Shown here in pieces: positions 24,684 through 38,070 of a DNA stretch of 64,000 nt. Below the pieces are notes generated by a model. That model was given only the letters and a program-made list of their open reading frames with translations, searched no databases and was not told the DNA's origin. Both the position numbers and the translations under genes were made by a program. Position 1 is the stretch's first letter; each line of letters opens with the position of its first letter. Source of the stretch: Octopus sinensis (Eukaryota); NCBI RefSeq assembly GCF_006345805.1, contig NC_043010.1, positions 17,112,001-17,176,000 of the forward strand, written 5' to 3'.

Positions 24684-24863
24684 GAATGATGATGATGATG
24701 ATTATAGTAAAACTGAGATAACGGTAGTATATTTTTACACGAAGACTGAACTTAAATACAGAGAACAAAATAAGGACTTTGCGAAAGAAAATCTTTGCGG
24801 TTATCTAGTGGTAACCCTTTGAAATAGGAAGGAACTACGTCCGGCATCACTTAGAGATGATGA

Positions 24864-24906
<43 letters not shown>

Positions 24907-25778
24907 GCTGTTGCTGTTGTTGTTGCTGCTGCTGCTGCTGCTGCTGTTGTGGTTGTCGTCGTCTACACGGTGGTTGCATGGCGTTATTAATCGTTGGTTG
25001 TCGTCATCAACCTATTTCGATGTTGAAATTGCAGTGGAATTAACATGATTACAATTAGTGTTGTCGTTGTTGTTGTTGTTGCTGTTGCTGTTGCTGCTGT
25101 TTTTAAATCTAGCCACCATCTGCTGTATGAATAATATATGTAAATTTATATGTGACAAACAAATGAGAGGAAGTCAAATAATTCGTCGATAAGAACATTT
25201 TATCTTATCGTTAGAATGTATAATACAACTTTTTCGAGTTGTTGTGCACAGATTATTTGCCGCCTTGTTTTTCTAGTTTGTATTTAAATTCATCGTTTTT
25301 TGACGGATGGAAGAAAGCGAGGGAGAGAACAAGAGTAAAAAAGGGTTTAACCTGCTGAGTTGACAAGCAGGGAAGTGAAAGTTGTATAAGTCACACGGTG
25401 ACAATCCATAAGTGAAAGGAGAAATACGAATGTGCTCTTTGGTGGGCTCTTTGTGCGCGGGGAAAGGCCCAAAACGATTTGGGGTTCCGTATTTATGTTT
25501 TTTTTTCTTACTAAGTTAGGTCAGGCTGAACAAATGATTTTTTTCATCTATTATCTTGTCTGAACCCTATTTAACCTAAGAACGGTCACTTAAACAATAG
25601 AATTTAATTAAGTGTGACTGTTGACTTTCATGAGTTTCTAAGTACAAAAACCGACAACAATAGAAAAGAACTCGTAGAAATATGTAGGCTAGGTTTCGAA
25701 TCTTGGTTAAGAATCTATGAGGCTATTCACAACGTATTAGTTATGTTAAAATCAATTCTAAATGTGTGTGTGTGTGTG

Positions 25779-25811
<33 letters not shown>

Positions 25812-25830
25812 CGTGCGTGTGTGTGTGTGT

Positions 25831-25884
<54 letters not shown>

Positions 25885-25940
25885 CGTTCGTATGCATGTC
25901 TACGTGCGTGCAGAGGGATTTACAAAACACAGAAGTTATT

Positions 25941-27431
25941 AATAGATAGAATAAAATAAAGTTTATTCATCAACACTAACAACTTCCTTCGCTCCTCCTC
26001 TGAGTTTCACGCTTCCGCTTTTCACCGTGACCGAAACTTAGATTTAAGCATGGGCCTTTGAAGTGTTTGAATATTTTAGTTGGACGTCCATTGGTCACTT
26101 TTGATGGCTTCTGTATCGGTGCGTCATGTATGTATAAACTTACACGTGTATTTACAAATGTGCATATACGTATACAAAACGAATATATACATCCACATAT
26201 AAGTATACAAATGTCTGTATATATAAATGTACAACGCTTTAGTCATATAAACAGACCTATACTCACAAGTACATGTATACATGTCACCATAGATGTAGAA
26301 GCTTGAAAGTACAAAGACCCGGATATATGAACATACATATAAAATATACAGAAATACACATATGTAGTGGTTATGTGTGTCTATCAGGTGACCAATGCAA
26401 AAGGAATGTGTATGTCGTTCAAGTAAACAAATGAATGAATAATGTAGCAAAATGTACACCCAATTTTGACTCAAAGCCTATTATATATATATATTATATA
26501 TATATATATAATATATATATATATATACATATATATATAATAAATATATATATATAATAAATATATATATATATAATAAATATACAGGACGTCACCAGCT
26601 GTGTAAACAGCATGACATGATGTACGAAAAAAAACGAGTTAAATACGCGAACAACGAGAGAGAAAAATGGAAAACAGTACAAGTAACACGGAGAACGAAT
26701 AGATAGAATAAAATAAAGAATAAAATAAAATAAAGTTTATTCATCAACACTAACAACTTCCTTCGCTCCTCCTCTGAGTTTCACGCTTCCGCTTTTCACG
26801 GTGACCGAAACTTAGATTTAAGCATGGGCCTTTGAAGTGTTTGAATATTTTAGTTGGACGTCCATTGGTCACTTTTGATGGCTTCTGTATCGGTGCGTCA
26901 TGTATGTATAAACTTACACGTGTATTTACAAATGTGCATATACGTATACAAAACGAATATATACACCCACATATAAGTATACAAATGTCTGTATATATAA
27001 ATGTACAACGCTTTAGTCATATAAACAGACCTATACTCACAAGTACATGTATACATGTCACCATAGATGTAGAAGCTTGAAGGTACAAAGACCCGGATAT
27101 ATGAACATACATATAAACATATACAGAAATACACATATGTAGTGGTTATGTGTGTCTATCAGGTGACCAAATGCAAAAGGAATGTGTATGTCGTTCAAGT
27201 AAACAAATGAATGAATAATGTAGCAAAATGTACACCCAATTTTGACTCAAAGCCTATTATATATATATATATATATATAATAAATATATATATATAATAA
27301 TATATATAATAAATATACAGGACGTCACCAGCTGTGTAAACAGCATGACATGATGTACGAAAAAAAACGAGTTAAATACGCGAACAACGAGAGAGAAAAA
27401 TGGAAAACAGTACAAGTAACACGGAGAACGA
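25941..27431. repeat. Tandem duplication, period about 757 bp
   Basis: 25941-26698 is repeated at 26698-27431 with a handful of substitutions and microsatellite length differences. Confidence 0.95.
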
Positions 27432-27637
27432 CCCTTCATCAGTTCTCGGCTGTCTATACACTCATTTCGAGCATTCAACGACAATATAAGTTTTCGAAGA
27501 CAGTTGCTCCCATAAATTCTAAAATAAAATTTTGGATTTATGGAGGGTCAAAGTTGGGGAAAAAAACAGGAAAAAATAGTGAACGCTGGGAGAAATAATT
27601 TCTTTGAAAAGAGAAAAGAGAAAATAAATGTAGAAAT

Positions 27638-27702
<65 letters not shown>

Positions 27703-27966
27703 CGTCCAGTCCTTAGAACGTCGTGCGGGAAAAGAGAGATGGTCACGGGAGAAAAAGAAAGAGGGACGATGGTCCCGTGTGAGCAACGAGGGAGAGAAAA
27801 AGAGAAAGAAGGGAAAGAGAGACAGACAGAAAACGGTGAATGGGAAGAAAAGGGAATTAGAGGATGGAAGGGAAAAACAGCATAGAGTCGCATCAAAAAG
27901 GTTAAGATACACTGACTTGGAAATGGATGTGTTGCATTCAGTCAAATAATAATATGTATATATGTA

Positions 27967-28006
<40 letters not shown>

Positions 28007-28998
28007 TGTGTGTGTGTGTAATGCAGACGTCCCATCGTTCGGCCAATTGCTGCAATATTTGTCCTGAGATGACATGTGTTATGGACATGCTGTGTTAAAA
28101 ACATTTTAAATCTCAGAAAGAGACGAAGATTCCTCCCAGCTGGAGCCAATGGAAGTGCCAAATGCATATCGGCCTTCCTGGTCCTTTTTCAATGGCGCAT
28201 ACTCGCAGCCAGCCACATGCTCGGTCGAGAGTTCGTTGTCTCCAATGTAGAAAGCAGCGGAGGAAAAAAACCATTCACTGATGTTGCGAATCGCCACTCG
28301 ATTGAATAGAAATCAGGTATATGCAATTGGGGCAGAATTTTTTATCCCAATTAACGAGACTTGGCCTGTTGCGTTTTTGATGGAGATGTTCCGCCAATGT
28401 TCCTCGTGCCGATAAGTTTGCATGCATTGACTTGCAGAGATGTATACCCATCCCTAGCTGGTCTTTTTCTGTGGATGGCATTGTGGATGGCATTGTATAT
28501 AGGGCTAAACAGCGGTGGTGTACCCCCTACTGTCACGTTCGTGTTAGATTGACAGTATACAACCATTCTATCGCCCCATCACCGTACATGTCTCACCGTA
28601 CTAAATTTAGAAATTTAGTATTTCTGACATTGTATATTATTTTAGCAATAACATCATCTATGTATGCATTCATGCATGTATGTATGTTGTCTTCTGTTTT
28701 TAATTATTTAAATCTTTCCTCTGAGGAAGGAGCTTGTTTCTAACAAAGATACAAAACTCCATCCTTGAAATGTAGATGGCAAAAACAATGTCACGTTTTA
28801 AACTTGAAGAAAGTCTTGCATAGTTTTATTGTTCCACTCACAAATTGGAATGTGCGAGTTAGTTGATTGGTTTCTTTTTCTGGAAACCCTCGCTTATCCG
28901 GATTGTCCCTTAGGCATTTACTCACAGAAACAAGGGCACAAATTATTACTAGTATAAATAGGAATTTATAACCTGGATATAGAAACTGGAGGTTTAAG

Positions 28999-29242
28999 TA
29001 TGCATGCATGTATGTATGTATGTATGTATGTATGTATGTATGCATGTATGTATGTATGTATGTATGTATGTATGTATGTATGTATGTATGTATGCATGTG
29101 TGCATGTATGTATGTATGTATGTATGTATGTATGTATGTATGCATGTATGTATGTATGTATGTATGTATGTATGTATGTATGCATGTATGTATGTATGTA
29201 TGTATGTATGTATGTATGTATGTATGTATGCATGTATGTATG

Positions 29243-29276
<34 letters not shown>

Positions 29277-29310
29277 TGTATGTATGTATGTATGTATCTA
29301 TGTATGTACA
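28999..29310. repeat. (TATG)n microsatellite
   Basis: Direct reading. Confidence 0.95.
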
Positions 29311-29570
29311 TGAAGCCCAGTTACAACTACAGCCGGCTGTTGCCGGTAAAGGTTTTAGCTGCTAATTCTGTACAAGACATTGTAGATCTTTAGCTGGGCT
29401 AAAAAGTCACATTCGATCACTGCACCAGTAACAGTTAAGCTCCGTGCAATGGCCATACTCGATAACGAGGGGGCAGCCATCATGTATGTATGTATGTATG
29501 TATGTCTTCTCTGTTCTTCTACGCTTCAGCTGATTGTTCTTCTCTCGTTTCCATACTGTCTGTCATACAG

Positions 29571-29744
29571 TTCGTTCGGTTGGCTGTTTTGTCTGTTCGT
29601 CCTTCAACCACAGCAACCCAGCATGTGAAGATCCGTTCCACAACCGAAACAATCAATTCTACCATTCGAAATGTTGGGCGAGCCACCGGAATCGAATCGG
29701 AGTCTACCCTGCCACCCAGTGCATCAAAATGGTGGCTACTGACT
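29571..29744 (+). CDS. Ly6/three-finger (quiver/sleepless-like) protein, coding exon 2
   Basis: Pyrimidine tract + TACAG| acceptor; (V)RSVGCFVCSSFNHSNPACEDPFHNRNNQFYHSKCWASHRNRIGVYPATQCIKMVATD; |GTAAGT donor; 174 nt, phase 1-1; CxxC...C-D-PF pattern of Ly6/QVR proteins. Confidence 0.9.
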
Positions 29745-29755
29745 GTAAGTAACGT

Positions 29756-29825
<70 letters not shown>

Positions 29826-30016
29826 GCACAACACACTGACGCGTATGTACATACTCGTACTTATACATGCATTCATAAACACACACATATACACACACAT
29901 ACACACATACGTACATGCATAAACATATGCACACATGTATACATGCTCACATACACACACATACATACGTACGTACATACATACACGCATACTACTTACA
30001 TACATACATACATTCA

Positions 30017-30048
<32 letters not shown>

Positions 30049-30068
30049 CATACAAACATATACATACA

Positions 30069-30100
<32 letters not shown>

Positions 30101-30120
30101 CATACAAACATATACATACA

Positions 30121-30152
<32 letters not shown>

Positions 30153-30435
30153 CATACAAACATATACATACATACATACATACATACATACATGCATACA
30201 TGAAATCATGTATGAACACACAAATATACATCTGTACTATTTTCTCAGTTTTCATTCTCACCTCTCTCTCTCCCTCTCTCTTTCACTCTCCCTCTCCCTC
30301 TCTTTCCATCTTTCTTTCTCTATTTTCTCCGTCTCTCTTTTTCTTTCTCTCCCCCCTCTCTCTCACTACCTTTCTGTTTATCTACCTACCTACCTACCTA
30401 CCTATCTATCATCACTTCTTTATCGCTAATTACAG

Positions 30436-30701
30436 ATGAAACCGGTTACCATATTGTGGTGCGCAACTGTGTCGTGGACAACGGCGGGACGACATCGGAA
30501 TCGGAGATTGGGAGACAAAGCCATTGCGGCTGGGTTCGTGCCATGAAGTATAACAACAAGATGTATCGTGGATGCATCTTGGCTTGTGATTATGACGGCT
30601 GTAATGTGGCCGGCCCTTTACACCGGACACCACAGATTTTCTACACATTACTTGCCCTCTGCAGCCTCCTCCTTTCTATGCTGTTGGCATCCGTAGTCTA
30701 A
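30436..30701 (+). CDS. Ly6/three-finger (quiver/sleepless-like) protein, last coding exon with GPI signal
   Basis: TACAG| acceptor; (Y)ETGYHIVVRNCVVDNGGTTSESEIGRQSHCGWVRAMKYNNKMYRGCILACDYDGCN + VAGPLHRTPQIFYTLLALCSLLLSMLLASVV*. Terminal CxxDxCN motif, hydrophobic tail, 10 Cys in the mature domain. Confidence 0.92.
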
Positions 30702-30834
30702 GGAGAGAGGTCTCTTGTCTGTAAATTTATGAACCTCGGTTTTATTATCTGAAATGAACAAACGAATAGACATTTACACACAACATTTATTACGCCTACA
30801 CAAAATACAGCAGCATACACACACACACACACAC

Positions 30835-30874
<40 letters not shown>

Positions 30875-30939
30875 ACAGGTATGCATGTATGTATGTATGT
30901 ATGCATACAGGTGTTCAAACATAGACATCAACTTGGATG

Positions 30940-31341
30940 GGATCTTTTCGATTTGAACGGCAGTTTTTAACATAATTTCTAGGTAACTAAAAAATTTTAA
31001 ACTTCGTAAACTGGTAGAATGTGTTTATAAAACATCTTTTTCTCTTGGCTTTATTGAAAAAATTCTATAGTTTGTAAGATATTTGTTGTTGTTTTTCTTC
31101 AATTTCTGCAATTTCAACCAATCACTGACGTCTATTGAGGTAAAATACATTCTGTGCCGTATGAATATCTCCCTCATTTAAGAAACAGATTGGGTTTATT
31201 TACATTTGTGAAGAAAAAAAAAGATACCCTTCCCCCCACCTTTAACCCTAACCCTAAAACAGATTTCTAGGGTCATAATTATGGGTGATAATTTCATATG
31301 ACACCGCTAGAAAAAAACTGCCGTTCAAACCGAAAACATCC
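30940..31341 (+). mobile_element. MITE family E
   Basis: GGATC TIRs; TSD CTTGGATG/CCTGGATG. Confidence 0.9.
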
Positions 31342-31577
31342 CCTGGATGTATACACAGATATTAATGTGATTATTACTGCAAGGTAAAGCTCCAGTCAAT
31401 TGCATGGATACTACTTCATAATAATTCCAGAAGGTACCACCACAACTAACAACTGTAATGTCTACCTCAACGTACCACATTGCAAGGTGCCAACACAAGA
31501 TTCTACAACAGGATACTACCACAAGGTACAACTAAATGTGCACACGCACAGTACAGCAACAATGTAACACTATGAGA

Positions 31578-32000
31578 GGATCTTTTCGGTTTGAACGGCA
31601 GTTTTTAACATAATTTCTAGGTAACTAAAAAATTTTAAACTTCGTATACTGGTAGAATTTGTTTATAAAACATATTTTTCTCTTGGCTTTATTGAGAAAA
31701 TTCTATAGTTTGTAAGATATTTGTCGTTTTTTTCTTTAATTTCTGCAATTTCAACCAATCAAATACGTCTATTGAGGTAAAAAAAAAAAAAACATTCTGT
31801 GCCGTATGAATATGTTCCTCGTTTAAGAAACAGATTGGGTTTATTTACATTTGTGAAGAAAAAAAGATACCCTTCCCCCCACCCCTAACCCTAACCCTAA
31901 AGGAGATTGAAATGCAATAGATCTATAGTAGGGTCATAATTATGAGTGACAATTCATATCACACCGCTAGAAAAAACTGCCGTTCAAACCGAAAAGATCC
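31578..32000 (+). mobile_element. MITE family E (no matching TSD)
   Basis: Perfect GGATCTTTTCGGTTTGAACGGCAG TIRs; flanks CTATGAGA/TCACAGTG do not match. Confidence 0.9.
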
Positions 32001-32342
32001 TCACAGTGTATTACCAAAGGATACTTCACAACAGCCTACCTGAAGACCTACCAAAAGGTACCATAATACAATACAATTATACTAAATACAATCTATCGCA
32101 GTCTCACAAATAACTCCTGGGAGATGCTACCTAAATAACTACATCCGAATGTACGTAGACGAGTTGCTGTAACATTTCAAATAAAATACTTTCACGATAT
32201 ACAATTATATGGAGCACATAAAAACATACCAACACAAAATATTTGCAAAGAATACGACCACTTATATACTACCGCTATGTACACCTGTAACATACGACCA
32301 AAAGTTACTGCCAAGGGGTGCTACAACATATTACTACCATAA

Positions 32343-32550
32343 CTTGTTTCAGTCATTTTTGACTGCGGCCATACTGGAGCACCGCCTTTAATCGAGCAAC
32401 TCGACCCCGGGACTTATTCTTTTGTAAGCCCAGTACTTATTCTATCGATCTCTTTTGCCGAACTGCTAAGTAACGGGGACATAAACACACCAGCATCGGT
32501 TGTCAAGCAATGCTAGGGGGACAAACACAGACACACAAACACACACACGC

Positions 32551-32636
<86 letters not shown>

Positions 32637-32806
32637 TACATATATACATATAACATATACATATATACGACGTCTACCAAATCCACTCACAAGGCTTTGG
32701 TCGGCCCGAGGCTATAGTAGAAGACACTTGCCCAAGGTGCCACGCAGGGGGACTGAACCCAGAACCATGTGGTTGGTAAACAAGCTACTTACCACACAGC
32801 CACTCC
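32343..32806 (-). mobile_element. SINE family A (OK-like), full length
   Basis: Reverse complement of the 3139/48088 copies. Confidence 0.9.
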
Positions 32807-34337
32807 TTCTATCACAAAAAAAGCAACCACATTAACTGATTGAAGAAGCGAGCTGGTCATGGCTGGATTGCCTTTCAGCTTTATGTACTTTATTTTAGGA
32901 CCGACCTGGGGCTAAACAATAACTGCTTACTTCTCACGCATAATATGTAAGACTGTTTACTAAAATTCGAACACATTCAAAAATGATGTGACGATCTGAC
33001 TCAGAAGGAAAATATCGATTATGAAAAAGCATTGCTCAAATCATTTCATCTTTCCTCTCTTCTCGGTCCACCAACACATTTCACTTTTGTTTTACATCCA
33101 AAATCCAAAAACATTGATTCTCAACGGAATCTACAACTTTTGTGCCTTTGATTGCAGAGTTTTAGTTATAGAAATGCTTAAAAGTATATTTAATCTTGTA
33201 ACTAACCGCTTACATAATAATCTAGAAATGTTAGTTTTACAACAAACTCGAAAACGACTAACCTAATTCCAAGAAACTTGTAAGTGGAGCACTTTAGTCG
33301 TACTCGATATTACATAATTACATTTTTTTAGCCGAGTTAAAACCAAAGCAATTTCGGTTTTCCGGACAATTAACGTCAAATTGTTTTTTTATTGTTTCTG
33401 TCAATCTCTTCTGCAAGGCCATTAGACGCTCTCTGCACTTTATCAGGACCTCCGTACCACAGTCGCGGATATGACGTTGACAGGTGACTATATTATACTG
33501 TAATAAACTTCACACACACACACACACACACACGCACGCACGCACACACATATACACAAGCACATACACACGTGTATGTGTGTGTCTGTTTGTGTGTGTG
33601 TGCTTGTGTGTGTGTGCATGTGTGTGTGTGTCTGTGTGTGTGCATGTGTGTGTGCGTGCATGTGTGTGTGCGTGCATGTGTGTGTGTGTGCATGTATGTG
33701 TGTGTGCATGTGTGTGTGTGCGTGCATGTGTGTGTGTGTGTGTGTGTTGGTATGTAATATAATACGAACTGCAGAATTTCCCTGAGGGTTACTAACAGTA
33801 AAAGTTTCCTGTCATAAGTGCAACCGTCAGGCCATTATCATTGGGATATTGAAAAAAAAGCACAGCGCCGATGCTCTTGCTTCTGCTAAGAAGCATAACT
33901 CTACCTCTTGGACTGTTGGAATTAATTCTTTCCCCTTTGAAGCATATGAATCTCAAAGAGGAATTACATTTAATAAACCGAAAACAGAACAAGAATAGAA
34001 AGAAATTAGGACAAAAAGAGAAACTAGTGTTTAAGGACTTAAGAGTGGTAAATGTTTCTATAACAAGAGAAAATAGGGTTCGGGGAAGAAACGAAGAAAG
34101 AGAATTTAAAAGTAAGAGAAGCGAAAAATAAGAGAAGTAAAATACATGCTTATATTAACATATGTTTATGACATTGTATGGTGTGTCTTTTGGAATTAGC
34201 TACCAGATACGTAATAGCCCATTTACGCATTAGATGCTTCTCAAAGTGTCTGCACTTCGCGAAAATCCCTAACTTGGTGCTCGAGTAGAGAGACAGTGAG
34301 AAAGGTGGCAAGACAGCGGATTATAGAAATGCATTTT

Positions 34338-34411
<74 letters not shown>

Positions 34412-34483
34412 AATATGTATATATGTGAAATATATATATGTATATATATATATAAATATGTATATATATAAATATATAATATA

Positions 34484-34560
<77 letters not shown>

Positions 34561-34889
34561 ATATATGTGTATATATATATATCCGCAAGCATAACAATAT
34601 ATGTACAATACAAAGACCAGCACGTGTCAGCATCGAAAATGGATGTTAAATGATGATGACAGTGTATTGTATATAGCGTGTGTGTTTGTGTGCGTGTACA
34701 TACATTGTATATGAATACAATTATCTATAACAGTGCTAATTAAAATCAATCGATATACAGATACAAGGTGTTTACAACTATCGATAACTACTAACCAAAA
34801 TCAATTATATATACATATATATATATATAATTTTAATCCAAACGGGAAACAAAAAAACAACAACAATGGAACAATTACAGTATTATTAT

Positions 34890-35095
34890 TAATAGGCGCT
34901 CAGGAAAAGGAAGCAGGGAGGTATGACGTTTCGAGCGGAGCTCTTCGTCGGAAACATAAAGAAGGAAGAGAGAGGAAAGAAAGATCCCAGAGCGGGCAAC
35001 AGGGAAAGAGAAAAAAGACGACTGGTGTTTACGAGTTGCACATGGTGAAAGGCGGATGTTTACGAAAACAGAGCAAAGTGGGTTTTTAAAGGCAA
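34890..35095 (-). mobile_element. Probable Penelope-like terminal repeat fragment
   Basis: Contains the hammerhead-like core CCGACGAAGAGCTCCGCTCGAAACGTC on the minus strand, the kind found in PLE termini. Confidence 0.45.
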
Positions 35096-35500
35096 AAGAG
35101 TGGAGACAAGGTTGGTAACGCAACAGATGTGTGTGTATGTGTGAGTGTGTGCGTGTGCGTGTGTGTATGTGTGTGTGTGTGAGGCGAGATGAAAAAACAA
35201 AAAAATATATATGTGTGTGTTAGTGTGTGCGTCTGTGTGTAGGCGTGTGAGGTAGGGCGAGATAGTGGTCAGCTTAGCAGACAAAGGTCAGTAGTAAGAA
35301 AAAGAAGGAAGGAGGAAGGGAGGGAGGGGAAGGGGTGGGGGCGTATGTAGCGTGCCAGCGTTTGTTGAGTAGTAGTGTGTGTGTGTGTCCAGTGTCGTGG
35401 TGGTATAAATGGCGAGTAGATTGAATGTGTGTAAGAGTAATGTATATATTTAAGCAATGTGTGTATATGTGTGCGCGTGTGTGTAACGAAAAAGGGGGGG

Positions 35501-35533
<33 letters not shown>

Positions 35534-35859
35534 CAAAATAAGCAACAAGGATATCCAAGGTAGTGTAGTACAATCGTTTCATATATATATATATATATAT
35601 TCTATAGTGCCACCATGAAGCATTGAAACAAAACACTGTTAATGGGCGCTAATAATCGATAAATCAAATTCATGTGGGCGGTGGAAAGGCGGTGATTGGT
35701 CGGGTGTTCGGGTGGCTGTATGAATATAGCGTCTTTGACGTTAAATGTTGTTAAGTGCTGTATATCAGAATTGTATGACAACGAACAACAAGAATTTTAT
35801 TGTCATCGTAAGTTTGAATGGCTAACTGTATTGACAGAATCGACAGACAGGCAGCTAAA

Positions 35860-36382
<523 letters not shown>

Positions 36383-36403
36383 TTAAAACCTATAACAACA
36401 ATT

Positions 36404-37146
36404 GGATCTTTTCCTTTTGAACGGCACATGTCAACACAATTTCTAGTTAACTAAACACTTTAAAACTTGGTATACTGGTAGAATGTGTCAAAATAAAACA
36501 TTTTTTCTCTTGGCTTTCTTGATAGCATTGTAATTCGTTTGTTTAACGTAGTTTAATTTTTCGAATCTTAACCAATGAATCGCCTCTAATTGAGCTAAAA
36601 TCATTTGCTGCGTCTAAAACTGAGACAACATCCTGTCACTAACCCTAAACCTCACCCTAACCCTAACCCTAATTTTTTTTCTTAACTGTTAAATTAATTT
36701 AATTGTTACGCGTGTAAAAAAAAATGGAAAGCTAAAACGAAAGCAATGGAAAATAATTTAAACAATCAACAAACAAAATAATTCTATAATTTTATACAGA
36801 ATTATTGTTTAAATTATTTTCCATTGCTTTCGTTTTAGCTTTCCTTTTTTTTTACACGCGTAACAATTAAATTAATTTAACAATTAAGAAAAAAAAATTA
36901 GGGTTAGGGTTAGTGAAGGATGTTGTCTCAGTTTTAGACGCAGCAAATGATTTTAGCTCAATTAGAGGCGATTCATTGGTTAAAATTCGAAAAATTAAAC
37001 TACGTTAAACAAACTAGTTACAATTTTATCAAGAAAGCCAAGAGAAAAATGCTTTATTTTGACACATTCTACGAGTATACGAAGTTTTAAAGTGTTTAGT
37101 TAACTAGAAATTGTGTTGACATGTGCCGTTCAAAAGGAAAAGATCC
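36404..37146. mobile_element. 743-bp almost fully palindromic GGATC-ended MITE
   Basis: Both arms (about 350 bp) are reverse complements, with CCCTAA/TTAGGG runs; perfect 8-bp TSD CAACAATT. Confidence 0.93.
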
Positions 37147-37799
37147 CAACAATTGATTTCCACAATAATCAGATTTTTACCTTTTATTATTTTAATTATA
37201 TTACGGAGATGTACTTGCATAGCAAGTGATTTGATCTGAGATCGTGTGCTGAAACGAAAACAATTGCAGCGTGGAAGGTGTTTGTAAGCCATTGCAGCAA
37301 GGATTTTTGTCAGTGAACAGGTCGCGGTCTTAAAGCGACGAAAATATTTTGACAAATTAAACTTAAATGTTGATGTGTATTTTACAAGTAATTTCATGTT
37401 TTACAAGTCTTCATGTAATTATAAACATGGAGTCGATAACTATCACAAGATGGTGTAGTTAAAGGGAGATAATTTATAATATCGCAACAATTTTTCGGGT
37501 GAATATTATTTTTTCAAATTAATCTTGTTGTCAATTCAAAACTGGTCAGAGCTTCTCAACAAATTTCTTCTTCTTTTTTCTTTTTTCTCACCTCTTTTTC
37601 AAATATTGTTCTCTTTTTCAAAATGACCACTGTTTGATATTGGGGTTTCAAATTTGTTGCCAGTATACTCTGATAATTAATTTTCTGTCTGGCCAATATA
37701 TTTATACTTGTTAATAATCTGACACAATAAATCAGATTTGTTTTTCCAGTTAATACTTCATTTGTAAATATTTTTCTTCCGCTCTTTATGTTGATATAA

Positions 37800-38070
37800 T
37801 GAATATATTAACACCTCTTTATCGTCCGTCTATCATGGACGCTCTATCTAGTTGTCTGCCCCACTGGAACAGCGTTGTCCGCTTCTATTTCTCCTCCACT
37901 AAGTGTTCGACAGAATCTAAGCCTGGACAGTATGGTATGGAGGGCTGGTTGTTGCCCATACAGCGTGTCCCCATTCTCCACATCATTGATGTATTCAGAA
38001 GAACAGCACACCCGTTACAATTTAGCACAAGTGTCGTTGCATGAGAGTTGCCAGAACTGCTTCTAGGGCT
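37800..38070 (-). mobile_element. Highly decayed RTE-clade LINE fragment
   Basis: TLYGQQPALHTILSRLRFC resembles the LYGxLPxISTxIRxRRLRFAGH region. Confidence 0.45.

Noticed and set aside
29490-30203. 237-aa ORF overlapping Ly6 exon 2
   Set aside because: Wrong frame; the Cys-patterned frame is the one in ORF 29534-29752, and the rest is microsatellite.
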